Below are positions 37,243-48,448 of a stretch of DNA of 64,000 bases, one piece after another. Under the pieces are notes generated by a model, which saw only the letters and a list, made by a program, of their open reading frames with translations, was not told the origin of the DNA and searched no databases. The stretch's first letter is position 1; every line of letters starts with the position of its first letter. This DNA is from an uncultured Alphaproteobacteria bacterium (GTDB lineage Bacteria; Pseudomonadota; Alphaproteobacteria; Rhizobiales; Hyphomicrobiaceae): contig CAVTAS010000008.1 of assembly GCA_963732765.1 (NCBI GenBank), forward strand, positions 780,311 to 844,310, in the 5' to 3' direction. Position numbers and translations under genes: made by a program.

Positions 37243-37369
37243 CGAACGTCCTGTTGGAACAGTCGGGGTGAAGTCGGGGATAGGTCATCGCGGTCATGGC
37301 ACTGGGGTATAGGCATACCTATACTGTCCCGATGCCACAGCCGGTTGCGATCGCTGGCCCCGATCAGGA

Positions 37370-37570
37370 CTATACTTTTTCGCTTCGATCCAGCGACTTG
37401 GGCGTTTCTGCCGTCTGCTTGGCGTCGTCCTCGTCGGACATGCCCTTTTTGAAGCTCTTGATGCCCTTGGCCACGTCTCCCATGATCGAGGAGATCTTGC
37501 CGCCGCCGCCAAACAACAGCACGGCGACCACCGCGAGCATGATCAAGTGCCACATGCTGAACGCGCCCAT
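37370..37570 (-). CDS. tatA: Twin-arginine translocase subunit TatA
   Basis: [32 protein letters not shown]... ATG at 37570. Confidence 0.8.
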   Translation of the reverse strand: MGAFSMWHLIMLAVVAVLLFGGGGKISSIMGDVAKGIKSFKKGMSDEDDAKQTAETPKSLDRSEKV

Positions 37571-37824
37571 AGTCTCAACTCCTGGTTGGGGTAGCGCCTC
37601 TGGGGCCACACGCCCGCATTGAATGCGCTACCGTCATAACACCCTGCTCGAAGCGATATTGTGGCGCAGCTGTTCACTTACCACCGTCGTCTGCCCGGGC
37701 CGGGACCGATTGCGACTAGCTATCGCAGAAACGCCGGTAAGCCGCAAGCCAAGGGGTGAGGCACGGTTGAGGGAAAAGCGGGAGGTTCTGCCCGATCGGG
37801 CCAACTGGCGGGATTCGAGCGCGC

Positions 37825-38816
37825 TCACATCCCCCAGCGCAAGGCTGGCGTCCGCACCGGGGCGTCCCACAGGTGCATGAGGCTGTCGTCGAGGCGCGTC
37901 AGCGTGATCGAGCAGCCGGCCATGTCGAGGGACGTGACATAGCTGCCGACCAGCGAGCGGGCGATGACGACGCCATGCTGCTCGGCGACGCGGCGGGCGT
38001 TGTCGTACATGAGATACAATTCCATCGCCGGCGTGCCGCCAAAGCCGTTGATCAGCATCAGGCACGGGCCCCGCGCCGCCGCGCCAAGGTCGGCAACGAT
38101 GGCGCTCGACCATTTCCTCAGCGATGGCCTTGGCAGGCATGAGCGGGACACGGCGCCGGCCGGGCTCGCCGTGAATGCCGACGCCCATCTCCATCTCGTC
38201 GGCGCTGAGTTGCGAAGGTTGAGCGGCCAGCGGCGGGCACCGTGCAGCTGCTCAGGGCAACGCCCATCGAGCGGGTGGCCTGGTTGACACGGGCGCCGAT
38301 TGCCTGGCAGCCGGCGAGTGTGTCACCGCGCTCAGCCGCCGCGCCGACCATCTTCTCCACGATCAGCGTGCCTGCGACGCCGCGCCGGCCGGTTGTGAAC
38401 AGAGAGTTCTGTACTGCGACGTCGTCATCGATCAGGACGCGCTCGATTGCGCCCCCGATCAGCTCCGACGCCATCTCGAAGTTCATCACGTCGCCTTCGT
38501 AGTTCTTCACGATCAGCAGCACGCCGGCCCCGCCGTCGACAGCGGCGGCGGCCGCCAGCATCTGATCGGGCGTGGGCGAAGTAAAAACCTGGCCTGGGCA
38601 GGCGGCATCCAGCATGCCGTGCCCGACAAAACCGGAGTGCAGCGGCTCGTGGCCGGCGCCGCCGCCCGAGATCAGCGCGACTTTGCCCGGCGTAACGATC
38701 TTGCGGCGGACGAATTTGCTATCAGCGCCCAGACTCACCGTGTCGGCATGGGCCGCGACAAAGCCGGCGAGACTTTCGGCCAGTGCGGTGGCCGGCGCAT
38801 TGATCAGCTTCTTCAC
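37825..38816 (-). pseudogene. dhaK: PTS-dependent dihydroxyacetone kinase subunit DhaK, with at least 2 frameshifts
   Basis: A DhaK is readable in three frames: GTG 38816.. (VKKLINAP…[10 protein letters not shown]…CTVPAAG), 38194.. ([31 protein letters not shown]) and 38151..37825 (…LINGFGGTPAMELYLMY…LWDAPVRTPALRWG). Confidence 0.65.
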
Positions 38817-38874
38817 GAACTCTTCCTCGTGTGTCCCGGCTCTCGTGTCCCAGTTCTTGTGTTGCGGGCCGCGC

Positions 38875-39300
38875 CTACGATCCTGACAATAGATCGGCCA
38901 GCTTGCGCATGAAATCATTGACTAACGCATGCAGTTTTTCATTGCGCTCGTCGTCGCCGAGATCGGGCAGCTGAAAAGTATGCGATTTGAGCCGCTGCGC
39001 CTCGGCAAGCAGTACCGGACGGCGCGGATGAGCGCGCGCATAGGCCGCCAGGAAGCGCTGCCGCTCCTCGGCGGAGAAATGGCAGACTTCGAAGATCAGC
39101 TCGATATGGCCGGCAGGGATCGGTGTGGCATAGGCCTGGCTCGCGATATGGCTGACAAAACTGCGGTTCTTGCCGAGTGCCGTCGCCAACCGGCCGCGCG
39201 TGCCAGAGGGGCGGCGCTCCAGGACCTGCGCCAGAATGAGCTTGTATTCCGCAACCGGAGTGTCCAAAGGCTCGGCCACCGCGGCATCAGGTTTGGCCAT
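38875..39300 (-). CDS. XRE-like helix-turn-helix protein embedded in the dha locus; possible regulator
   Basis: Helix-turn-helix-like [23 protein letters not shown]. Start ambiguous (ATG 39300 or TTG 39312). Confidence 0.4.
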   Translation of the reverse strand: MAKPDAAVAEPLDTPVAEYKLILAQVLERRPSGTRGRLATALGKNRSFVSHIASQAYATPIPAGHIELIFEVCHFSAEERQRFLAAYARAHPRRPVLLAEAQRLKSHTFQLPDLGDDERNEKLHALVNDFMRKLADLLSGS

Positions 39301-41679
39301 CGGGGCCTCCAATATCGATTCCGGCTAGCGCGGTCTTGACGCGGCCAAGGGCGGCTGGGGCCACAGAGAAGGACCGCAGGCCGATGGCCAGCAGCGGTTT
39401 CAGCAGATTGACGTCGCTGGCTATGTCGCCGCACAGCGAGATGTCGAGGCCAAGCTGGCGTGCACTTGCGACGGCGCCGGCCATGAGTTGCAGCACAGCT
39501 TCGGGAGCGCCTTCGTTGAAACCGGCAACAGCTGGCGTATCGCGGCTTGCCGCCATGACGTACTGTGTCAGATCGTTTGAACCGATGGAGAAGAACGCCG
39601 CGTCCTTGAATTGCGCGGCCAAGATGGCGGCAGCGGGTACTTCGATCATGATCCCAAGTGGCGGGCGGCGGTGCGGTGTCGCCTTCGCGCGCAAGCTCTG
39701 CACACACATCGCCTTCCAGCTGCCGCGCGGCGGCCAGCTCCGATGGCAGCGTCACCATCGGTAACATCACCTTGAGGTCGCCATGCAGCGCGGCGCGGGC
39801 GAGCGCGCGCAACTGCACGCGGAAGACATCGGGCCGGGCCAGCATCAGGCGGACGCCGCGTGAGCCGAGGAACGGATTGCTCTGGCCCAATGGCGTCAGC
39901 CCACGGATCGGTTTGTCACCGCCGGCATCGAGCGTGCGGATGGTCACCGGTTTGCCGTCCGCCCACTCCAGGCAGCGGCGATAGGCAAGGTACTGCGCAT
40001 CTTCGCCCGGCAAAGGTTCGCCATCCCTGAGCATCATCTCGGTGCGGAAGAGATCCGATGCCGTCGCAGGCAGTCGGGGGCGATTGCGTCAAGATCGTCC
40101 GGGCCGGAAATGTTTATCAGGACTGCTATGGCCACACCGTCCCGGGTTTTCGCCGGACGGTAGAGCGCGGCCTGCTCCATACCCTGCGAGGCGCCCGGCT
40201 TGCGCCTGCTGCGCGCGTCAGCCCGGCCACGTCCGCCGCGTTCGGGACTCAGCACAATGCGGCCGCGCGTGCCATCAACGATGGCCATGCGATGCCCATC
40301 GAGCGGCAAAGGCCCGAGGCCAACCACCATCGGAACGCCGCGGTTGCGGGCCAGCATGGCGACGTGGCTGGACGGGCTGCCGCCTGCGAGCATGATGCCG
40401 CCGCCTTGCGACCAGTCGGCTTCCAGAAACTGGCTGGGCGCCAGATCCTCGGCTGCGAGGATGGCGCCCGCGGGCAACCGCTGAGGAGCCGCGCCGCCGC
40501 GCAAGCCGCCGTAGCACGCGATCGCGCAGGTCAATCAGATCGATAGTGCGGGCACGGAAATACTCGTCGTCCGACGATTGATAGTCGGCGATCTGATCGA
40601 GGATAGCAGCGCTCCAGGCTTTATCGGCATGGCGCCCCGGCAGCGATGGCCTCCAGCGCCGGTTTGCGCAGCACCACGTCGGCCAGCATAGCAGCCTGGA
40701 ATTCGAGCATGTCGTCGACCATCGCCGCTTAAACTTGCGGCAAGCCGTTCGATCTCGGCGATCGAGGCTCGCATATCGAGGCCATCTAGCGTGCCGCGCT
40801 CCTGGGCGGGCGCTTCCTACTGCCCGCTCGCCGCAACCGGGGGCGCGATGACTGCGATGGTTCCGTGCAGCTAGCCCCGGCGACGCCGCCAGGCCGTCAA
40901 GCAAGTTGCTCAGCGGCTACCGGCACTTGCGATTTTGTCGCGGTCTTCGTCGAAGTTGCGCTCGACGAGGGCGACCAGCGCGGCGATGGCGGGTTCGGCA
41001 TCGTCACCCTCGGCCTTGATCGCGAGCGCAGTGTTGCCAGGCGTCTTCAGCGCCATCACTTTGACGATGCTCTTGGCGTCCACCCAGTCGGAGCCTGCCC
41101 GCCAGGACGAACCTGCACGCTCGCCCGGAAGGTCTTGGCGAGCTTGCTGAATTTTACCGCCGGGCGCGCGTGCAGCCCGGTGGGATTGGTCATCAGCACC
41201 GACGCCTCGGCCTTGCCCGATGTCATGGCTGCTCCTGGTGCTGATTATGATGGCGTTTGACTGGTCATCATCTTGGCCTCGCACCGGATTAGACCGGCGA
41301 CAGCTCCTCTGCGGTGCGGCGCACTTCGGCCGAGCGACGCACCGCCCGACGCCTCGGTCGCCGCCATCACGGAGCCCTCGACGATCGGGGCGTTGCAGAC
41401 AATGATCTTACCCTGACGGTCCGCCGGCATCATTTCCACGGCCATCTCGCTGTTGGTCTCGGCGCCGCCGAGGTCGACCAGGATAACGACGCCTTTGTCC
41501 GACCACGCCTCGTCGATGGCGGCCATGATGGCTGCGACGCTGGTACCGAGCCCGCCTTCGGGGTTGCCGCCGCACCAGGCCAGCGGAACGTCCGCGCCCA
41601 CCATCTGGCGCACCATGTCGGCTGCGCCTTCCGCCACTTTGGCCGAATGCGAGACAATGACGATGCCGACATTGCTCAT
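39287..41679 (-). pseudogene. dhaM: Multidomain DhaM (EIIA-Man / HPr / enzyme-I PEP-utilising domains), fragmented by multiple frameshifts
   Basis: EIIA: ORF 41245-41679 (IVIVSHSAKVAEGAADMV). HPr-like: 40910-41284. Enzyme-I pieces: 40275-40904, 40034-40534, 39096-40037 and 39287-39709 (…FSIGSNDLTQY…), all in different frames. Confidence 0.6.
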
Positions 41680-42316
41680 GTCCGGCCCTCCAGCACGTCG
41701 AGGACGGCATCGACGATCAATTGACTGGAACGTGCGCCGGGGTCCATGTGGCCGATGGACCGCTCGCCCAGGAACGAGGCGCGGCCGCGGGTCGCCAGCA
41801 TCGGAATGGTCGCGGTGGCGGCGTCGGCAGCGGCCTTTCGGGATGGAAGGCCTGCTTCGCGAGTGCGGCCTGAACTGGGATCAGCACATCGAGCATCGTC
41901 TTTTGTCCGGGTGCGGACTTGCCGCGTGCCTGGACGGCTGCGATGGCGGACGCGAATGCCTGGACAGCGTCCGCCTCGCGTTGCTGCGGGCGGGATCGCC
42001 TTACCAAGCGCCATGAACAAAGTGCCGAACAGCGGACCCGACGCGCCCTCCGACCTTCATCACAAGAGTGGTGCCGATCGCCTGCAATGCCTGAGGCAAC
42101 GGCTGAGCTGCGATCTCGTCGATGTCGCCCCAGAACAGCTTCGAAACCGCGCTGCATGTTGAGGCCGTGATCGCCATCGCCGATCGCCTGATCTAGCGCG
42201 GTGAGTTCACCGGCGTGCTCGATGACGCGGCCGGCGACCGCTTCAATCAGCTTACGGATGAGCGCTTCGTCGACTTGCATTGCGGGTAGAAACTCCGTAT
42301 TCGTCTCAATTCTCAA
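41676..42316 (-). pseudogene. dhaL: Dihydroxyacetone kinase ADP-binding subunit DhaL, frameshifted
   Basis: ORF 41717-42316 starts MQVDEALIRKLIEAVAGRVIEHAGELTALDQAIGDGDHGLNM, then degenerates. The C-terminal part continues in the frame of ORF 41676-42020 (…SIGHMDPGARSSQLIVDAVLDVLEG). Confidence 0.55.
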
Positions 42317-43953
42317 CCCTGACTCTTGTGCAGCGCCTGCAATGCCGTGGCGATGGCGACCGCGCCAGGATCGGGCACGCCTTGCAGATCGCGCGCTGCG
42401 AGATAGCTGGAGCGGCCCGCCCGCGCCGAGGTCATGTTGGCGGTGCTGGCGGCTCCGGCCTGGGCTGCTGCGGCTGCCGCGCCCAGGCCCTCGCCCTTTT
42501 CAAGCGCGCGCACGGCCGGGCGCAAGGCGTCCAGCATGGTGCGGTCGCCTTCTTTGGCGCCGCCGTAGTATTCCATGCGGGCAAGGCCGAAACTCAAGGC
42601 CGCGCCCCAAGGCGATCCGCCCGCCAGGGCATGGCCAGTTGCCGAGGCAAGTATCGACAGCAGCACGCCGCTTGACCCGCCCATGCCCTTGGCGAAGGTG
42701 TCGGCGAGCGCGCCGGCGAGCTGCGCGTCGTTGGCCAGCGGCAACTTGTCGACCGTGCCGAGAACGGCGCGGGCTGCGTTGGCCATGGTGGTGCCGGTGT
42801 CGCCGTCGCCGACCTTGGCGTCGAGCAGATTGAGGTCTGCCTCGGCGGCGATGATCGCGGTGCTGACGGTTTCCACGGCGCGCCGGACTTGAGGATTTGC
42901 CGAGGGCGCATAGGCGGCGGCGCTTGCCGACTCGATGCTGTCAACCCGCGAGACTGGCGCGGTGGAGCGCACGCCCGGCCAGGCGGGGGCAAGGGTCGGC
43001 GCCAGCAGCGCTTCGGTCAGGTCGCGGTCGAGCACCAGCACAGAGATCGAGAAGCCGCGCATGTCGAGCGCGGTCATCAGCGGCGCCGGGCCGATGACGA
43101 ACTGCGTGCGCCGGCCAATCTCGGTTTCCAGCACGGACTTGGCGACCAGCGACATCTCGATCGCGGGCATGCCACCGAGATTGTTGATGATCATGGCCAG
43201 CGCCGGCGCACTACTAGGGCCCGCCCCGAAGCGCTCGGTCATCAGCCGCGCCGCATCGTTGGCGCTTGGCAGCGGGATGCGCTCGATGCCGGGTTCGCCG
43301 TGGATGCCCAGGCCCAGTTCGGCCATGCCCTCGGGCAACCGCTCGTGCGTGGCGCGGCCGGGGATGGTGCAGACGGTCGAGGCGATGCCGATGGATTGCA
43401 CCGCGTCCGCCGCTCTTTCCGCCGCGGCTTTGACTCTGGCGAGATCGAGGCCGCGCTCGGCCGCATACCCCGCGATCTTGTGCACGAATAGCGTGCCGGC
43501 AACGCCGCGCGGCCTGGGTGCGTTGGCGATGGCGATATCGTCGGCGACGATCACCATCTCGACGTTCAAACCCTCAGCACGCGCCTTTTCTGCCGCCAGT
43601 CCGAAGTTGAGCCGGTCGCCAGCGTAGTTCTTGACGATCAAGAGGCAGCCGGCGGGCCCGGTTACCGCATGGATGGCGGTCAATACGGCGTCGACGGAGG
43701 GCGAGGCGAAGATCTCGCCGCACACGGCCGCCGTCAGCATGCCCTCGCCGACAAAACCGACGTGGGCGGGCTCGTGGCCCGAGCCGCCGCCCGAGATCAG
43801 GCTGACCTTGCTCTTGTCGATGTGCTGGCGCAGCACGATCTTGGCGCCGCTGGGGCTGGCCAGCCGGGCCAAACGCCCACAGCCGGCGACACGCAGATAG
43901 CCGTCGATCGAGTCCGAAATGACAGCGCCGATTTCATTTACAAAGTGGGTCAT
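42313..43953 (-). CDS. Intact two-domain (DhaK-DhaL fused) ATP-dependent dihydroxyacetone/glycerone kinase
   Basis: MTHFVNEIGAVISDSIDGYL…ISGGGSGHEP… (K domain) and …LLDAKVGDGDTGTTM… (L domain) in one 546-aa frame. The upstream extension in the track ORF is spurious. Confidence 0.8.
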   Translation of the reverse strand: MTHFVNEIGAVISDSIDGYLRVAGCGRLARLASPSGAKIVLRQHIDKSKVSLISGGGSGHEPAHVGFVGEGMLTAAVCGEIFASPSVDAVLTAIHAVTGPAGCLLIVKNYAGDRLNFGLAAEKARAEGLNVEMVIVADDIAIANAPRPRGVAGTLFVHKIAGYAAERGLDLARVKAAAERAADAVQSIGIASTVCTIPGRATHERLPEGMAELGLGIHGEPGIERIPLPSANDAARLMTERFGAGPSSAPALAMIINNLGGMPAIEMSLVAKSVLETEIGRRTQFVIGPAPLMTALDMRGFSISVLVLDRDLTEALLAPTLAPAWPGVRSTAPVSRVDSIESASAAAYAPSANPQVRRAVETVSTAIIAAEADLNLLDAKVGDGDTGTTMANAARAVLGTVDKLPLANDAQLAGALADTFAKGMGGSSGVLLSILASATGHALAGGSPWGAALSFGLARMEYYGGAKEGDRTMLDALRPAVRALEKGEGLGAAAAAAQAGAASTANMTSARAGRSSYLAARDLQGVPDPGAVAIATALQALHKSQG

Positions 43954-43999
43954 CACCGGCTCCTTGCAGCGACTTGTGTGTTGTCCGAGGTCATGGGCA

Positions 44000-45017
44000 C
44001 TACCCGTGCACGCGATTGCCGGTGGCATCGAAATAGAGCGGGCGCGCCAAACCCACATCCACGCCGTCGCCCGCGCTGAACGCCGCGTCTGCCGCCACCA
44101 GCGATGTAATGCGGTGCTCGCCGATACGAATGTGCAGATGGCTCTGATCGCCCAGGTGCTCGATCCACTCGACCTTGCCGACGGCATTGCCATTCGCCGA
44201 CTTGGCGATGCGCAGATGCTCGGTGCGCGCACCCAGCGTCAGGGCAGCCTTCGGCGCGCCGCCATCGGGAATGAGCCCGGTCGGCAGCAGATTGATCTGC
44301 GGTTGCCCAAGGCGCGTTGCTACATACACCGTCGATGGATTTTCGTAGATGTCGCGTGGCGTGCCCAGCTGCACCAGTTGGCCACGATCCAGCACGCCGA
44401 TGCGGTTGGCCATGGTCATGGCCTCGATCTGGTCGTGGGTGACGTAGAGCAGCGTGGCGCCGAGATCCTGTTGGATCCGTTTCAGCTCGACGCGCATGTC
44501 GCCGCGCAGCTTGGCGTCGAGCGAGGACAGCGGCTCGTCCATGAGATAGATGGCGGGGCGGCGCACCAGCGCGCGGCCGATGGCGACGCGCTGCATCTCG
44601 CCGCCGGACAGCTGCGTGGCGCGGTTTTGCAGTTTCTTGCCGATGCGCAGCATTTCGGCGATTTCTGTGACGCGCCGTTCGATCTCGGGCTCGGCCATGC
44701 GGCGCGCCGGCGAGCGCAGCGGGAAGGCGAGGTTTTCGAACACCGTCAGATGCGGATAAAGCGAGTACTGCTGGAACACGAAGGCGACGTCGCGGCCCGC
44801 GGGCTCGATCCCGGTGACGTCGCGGCCGCCGATCCAGACTTCGCCGCTGTCGATTTTCTCCAGGCCAGCGACCACGCGCAGGGTGGTGGTTTTGCCCGCT
44901 CCCGTGGGGCCGAGCAGGACGACGAACTCGCCATCGGCGATGCGTGAGATCGACCCCCGACACGGCGGTGGTTGCGCCGAAGCGCTTGACGACGGATTTG
45001 AGCTGGACATCAGCCAT
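44000..45017 (-). pseudogene. Sugar-type ABC transporter ATP-binding protein (GlpT/UgpC-like) with an apparent frameshift near 44940
   Basis: N-terminus MADVQLKSVVKRFGATTAVSGVDLT is in the frame of ORF 43953-45074. The rest (IADGEFVVLLGPTGAGKTT…LSGGEMQRVAIGRAL…) is in the frame of ORF 44000-45010. Confidence 0.6.
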
Positions 45018-46122
45018 GGGACACCCGCGCGCCGATGGCGCCCTCGTGCAGCGCCGAAGGCACCGCCCGGCCACTGGATTTGACGAACACGCAGAGCCGT
45101 TCGGGGGCGAAGACGAGGCCGACCTGCTCGCCGGTGCGGACGCTGGTTTCTGCAGGCAAGCGCGCCTTCAGCCGCCCCTCGGCGGTCTTCAGCGTGACGA
45201 TCTGTGTTGTGCCTAAATACTCCGTACCGAACACTTCGGCGCGCAGTTTCGAGGCGTCGGAGAACCGGACGTGTTCGGGGCGCACGCCCAGAACGAGGTC
45301 GGTCTCGGCCACCGCCTGGCGCGCGGCCGGTACAGCGATATCGGCGCCATTGATGCTGACAGCCGATTGATTGGGCGCCAGGCTGCCCCTGAACGGCACG
45401 AAATTCATCGCCGGTGAGCCGATGAAGTCAGCCACGAACATGGTCGCGGGGCGGTCGTAGATCTCTTGCGGAGCGCCGAGCTGTTCGACCAACCCGTGGT
45501 TCATGACGGCGATGGTATCGGCCATCGACATGGCCTCGATCTGATCGTGCGTGACGTAGACGGTGGTCGCACCGATGCGATCGTGCAGCTGGCGCAGTTC
45601 CTGGCACATCAGGTGGCGGAATTCGCTGTCGAGCGTGCCAAGCGGTTCGTCCATCAGGAAGGCCTTGGGACGGCGCACGATGGCGCGACCGAGCGCGACG
45701 CGCTGGCGGTCGCCACCGGCAAGGCGCGAAACGGGGCTGTCTAGCAGGTGGTCGATGCGCAGAAGCTTGGCCGTTTCCTCGACGCGCGTCTTGATCTCGG
45801 CCCGCGGCATATTCTGGCAGGCCAGCGGATAGGCGATATTCTTGCGCACGTTCATGTGCGGGTAGAGCGCGAACAGCTGGAACACGAAAGCGATGTCGCG
45901 TTCCGAGGCGCGCTTCTGGGCGACGTCTTCATTGTCGAGCAGGATGCGTCCCGAGGTTGGCAGCTCCAGTCCCGCTATCATGCGCAGCGTCGTGGTCTTG
46001 CCGCAGCCCGAGGGGCCGAGCAGGCAGAAGAACGAACCGTCCTTGATGGCGAAGGACGAATCCTTGACGGCGACGAAATCGCCAAACGACTTGTGCAGAT
46101 TTTCAACCCGGATCTCGGCCAT
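45010..46122 (-). CDS. Sugar-type ABC transporter ATP-binding protein (GlpS/MalK-like)
   Basis: Walker A GPSGCGKTT, signature LAGGDRQRVALGRA, and a C-terminal TOBE/MalK-like domain. Confidence 0.85.
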   Translation of the reverse strand: MAEIRVENLHKSFGDFVAVKDSSFAIKDGSFFCLLGPSGCGKTTTLRMIAGLELPTSGRILLDNEDVAQKRASERDIAFVFQLFALYPHMNVRKNIAYPLACQNMPRAEIKTRVEETAKLLRIDHLLDSPVSRLAGGDRQRVALGRAIVRRPKAFLMDEPLGTLDSEFRHLMCQELRQLHDRIGATTVYVTHDQIEAMSMADTIAVMNHGLVEQLGAPQEIYDRPATMFVADFIGSPAMNFVPFRGSLAPNQSAVSINGADIAVPAARQAVAETDLVLGVRPEHVRFSDASKLRAEVFGTEYLGTTQIVTLKTAEGRLKARLPAETSVRTGEQVGLVFAPERLCVFVKSSGRAVPSALHEGAIGARVSHG

Positions 46123-46124
46123 GG

Positions 46125-46361
46125 CTACTCCGGGAATTTCGATGAGATCACGAACAGCGCCGTGCCCGCGAGCGTCGTGATGAAGGAATAAGAATAGAGC
46201 GTCAGGAAAAACGGCTGCATCAGCATGACCACGCCGAGCGCAATTAGAAGTGTAGCGAGGTTCTCCCAGGGACCGCGGCGCAGGCGCAGAAAATCGGCGA
46301 TGAAGCCGGTCTTGGCTGGCGGCTGGTAAAGCTCGCGGTCGGTGGGGCGAGGGTCGCTCAT
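46125..46361 (-). CDS. Small DUF2160-type membrane protein associated with glycerol-type ABC transporters (GlpU-like)
   Basis: 78-aa two-TM protein. It sits between the ATPase and permease genes. Confidence 0.55.
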   Translation of the reverse strand: MSDPRPTDRELYQPPAKTGFIADFLRLRRGPWENLATLLIALGVVMLMQPFFLTLYSYSFITTLAGTALFVISSKFPE

Positions 46362-47325
46362 TTGCGCACCGCGCCGAAGGTGATGCCGCGCAGGAGATGC
46401 TTGCGCATCAGCACCGTGAAGACCAGGATCGGGATCAGGAACAGGGTCGTGCCACCGCCGACTGCCGGCCAGTCCATGCCGCCCTCACCGATGATCGTTG
46501 GGATGAAGGGGGGGGCGGTCTGCGCGGTGCCCGAGGTAAGCAACACGGCGAAGGCATATTCGTTCCAGGCAAAGATCAGGCAGAAGATGGCGGTGGCCGC
46601 GATGCCGGTGAGCGCTTGCGGGAGAACGACTTTGCGGAACGCCTGCAACCGCGTGTAGCCGTCGATCATGGCCGCGTCTTCGTACTCGCGCGGGATTTCG
46701 TCCATGAAGCCCTTCAGCAGCCAGACGGCCAATGAGACGTTCACGGCTGTATAGAGAAGGATCATGCCGAGCGCGGTATCGGAGAGGCCGAGCTGGCGGT
46801 ACATCAGGTAGATCGGGATGGCCACGGCGATTGGCGGCATCATGCGCGTCGAGAGGATGAAGAAGAGGAGATCGTCCTTGAGCGGCACATTGAAGCGCGA
46901 AAAACCGTAGGCGGATAGCGTTCCGAGAACCACAGCGAGGAAGGTCGAGCCGAACGCTATGATGATGGAGTTGACGAAGCGCGGCCAGTAGTTCGACGTA
47001 CCGGCAATCACCATGTCGCGGCTGCGCGTGATCTGATCGCAGGTGCCGGTGGCCGGTCCCAGAGTTTCGATATATTCCTTAGTCTGACGGGTGCGCGTGG
47101 TGAAGAGATTGCAATAGCCTTCCAGCGTCGGCTGGAACACCACTTTGGGCGGATAGGAGATCGAATCCGGTGGTGTTTTGAGGCCGGTCGCAAAGATCCA
47201 GAACAACGGCACCATGGTGATGACCGCATAGAGGATTACCAGCGTGCCGGCCACCCACTTGGCGGTAGCGCTCGGCGCGACGACGGAATGGGCCGTGCTT
47301 GCTTGCGAAAAGACAGGTGCGCTCA
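46358..47325 (-). CDS. Carbohydrate ABC transporter permease
   Basis: MSAPVFSQ… with an EAA-loop-like region. The track ORF to 47977 is a spurious in-frame extension into the upstream permease. Confidence 0.8.
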
Positions 47326-48279
47326 TCTGTTCTTCACCTGGTTGAGCGCCTTTACATAGATGTTGGCGAGGCCGAAGACCGCGACGAACAGTATTATGGC
47401 GAAGGCGGATGAATAGCCGGTGCGCCATTTCTCGAAGGCTTCGCGCTTCAGGGTGATGGACGCAACCTCGGTGACCGATCCGGGTCCGCCGCCCGTCAAG
47501 AGGTTGACCATGTCGAACATCTTGAAGTTCTCGATGCCGCGAAAGAGGACGGCCAGCATGATGAAAGGCAGCGCCATCGGCAGCGTGATGGTGAAGAACT
47601 GCCGCACCGGCGAGGCGCGGTCGACCTCGGCGGCCTCGTAGATGTAGTCGGGAATGGAGCGCAGGCCGGCCAGGCAGATCAGCATGACATAGGGCGTCCA
47701 CATCCAGGTATCGACGATGATGATGGCCCAGGGCGCGAGTTTCACCGATCCCAGCATCTCGAACGAGGATGGCTCCCAGCCCGTGAAGAACGAGACGATG
47801 TAATTGAACAGCCCGATCTGCGGCTGATAGAGGAACTTCCAGAAATTGCCGACCACGGCCGGTGACAGCATCATGGGGATGAGGATCACGGTGGTCCAAA
47901 AGGCGTGTCCACGGAATTTCCGGTCGATGAGATAGGCGAGGGCAAAGCCCAGCAGCGTCTGCAAGATGATGGTCCACACCACGAAATGGGCGGTCGCCTG
48001 CATGGCCGCCCAGATGTCGGGGTTGGAGAGAATGGAGCGGTAGTGCTCGATGCCGACGTTCAAAACCGGCGCATTCGGACGATTGGCGCGATAGTTCGTG
48101 AACGACAGATAGATGGTCCAGATCAGCGGGAAGATGTTGATCGCCAGCAGCAGCACGATCGTCGGCGCGATGAACAGCCAGGCGATGACCCGGTCCGACA
48201 GGCCGCGCACCATCCGCGCCACCGGTTCGGGCGTCGCGGCGGCAATGCGTCCTGCTGATGATGTGGTGATGTCGGTCAT
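47323..48279 (-). CDS. Carbohydrate ABC transporter permease
   Basis: MTDITTSS…; six-TM MalF/UgpA-like. Confidence 0.8.
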   Translation of the reverse strand: MTDITTSSAGRIAAATPEPVARMVRGLSDRVIAWLFIAPTIVLLLAINIFPLIWTIYLSFTNYRANRPNAPVLNVGIEHYRSILSNPDIWAAMQATAHFVVWTIILQTLLGFALAYLIDRKFRGHAFWTTVILIPMMLSPAVVGNFWKFLYQPQIGLFNYIVSFFTGWEPSSFEMLGSVKLAPWAIIIVDTWMWTPYVMLICLAGLRSIPDYIYEAAEVDRASPVRQFFTITLPMALPFIMLAVLFRGIENFKMFDMVNLLTGGGPGSVTEVASITLKREAFEKWRTGYSSAFAIILFVAVFGLANIYVKALNQVKNR

Positions 48280-48323
48280 GGGGTTTCGTTCGGTCAGCCG
48301 TTAGAAAGCCAGGAGGTCGTTGC

Positions 48324-48411
48324 GTAGGGGCGACACGTGTGTCGCCCGTCCATCATATCCACGGACGCCTGCGGTTGTGGATAGACGGGCGACCCACGGG
48401 GTCGCCCCTAC
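48324..48411. repeat. Family D palindromic element (GTAGGGGCGACAC/GTGTCGCCC … GACGGGCGACCC/GGGTCGCCCCTAC), copy 2
   Basis: Two hairpins bounded by GTAGGGGCG and CGCCCCTAC. It lies between the SBP and permease genes. Confidence 0.55.
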
Positions 48412-48448
48412 ATTTCTGGCGTTGATGGAGCGGCCGGCGCGGCACGCT

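Noticed and set aside
46358-47977. 539-aa ORF
   Set aside because: It is an in-frame, stop-free extension of the permease gene. Its N-terminal 217 aa overlap the upstream permease in another frame and are not protein-like. The true start is 47325, with an ATGA overlap.
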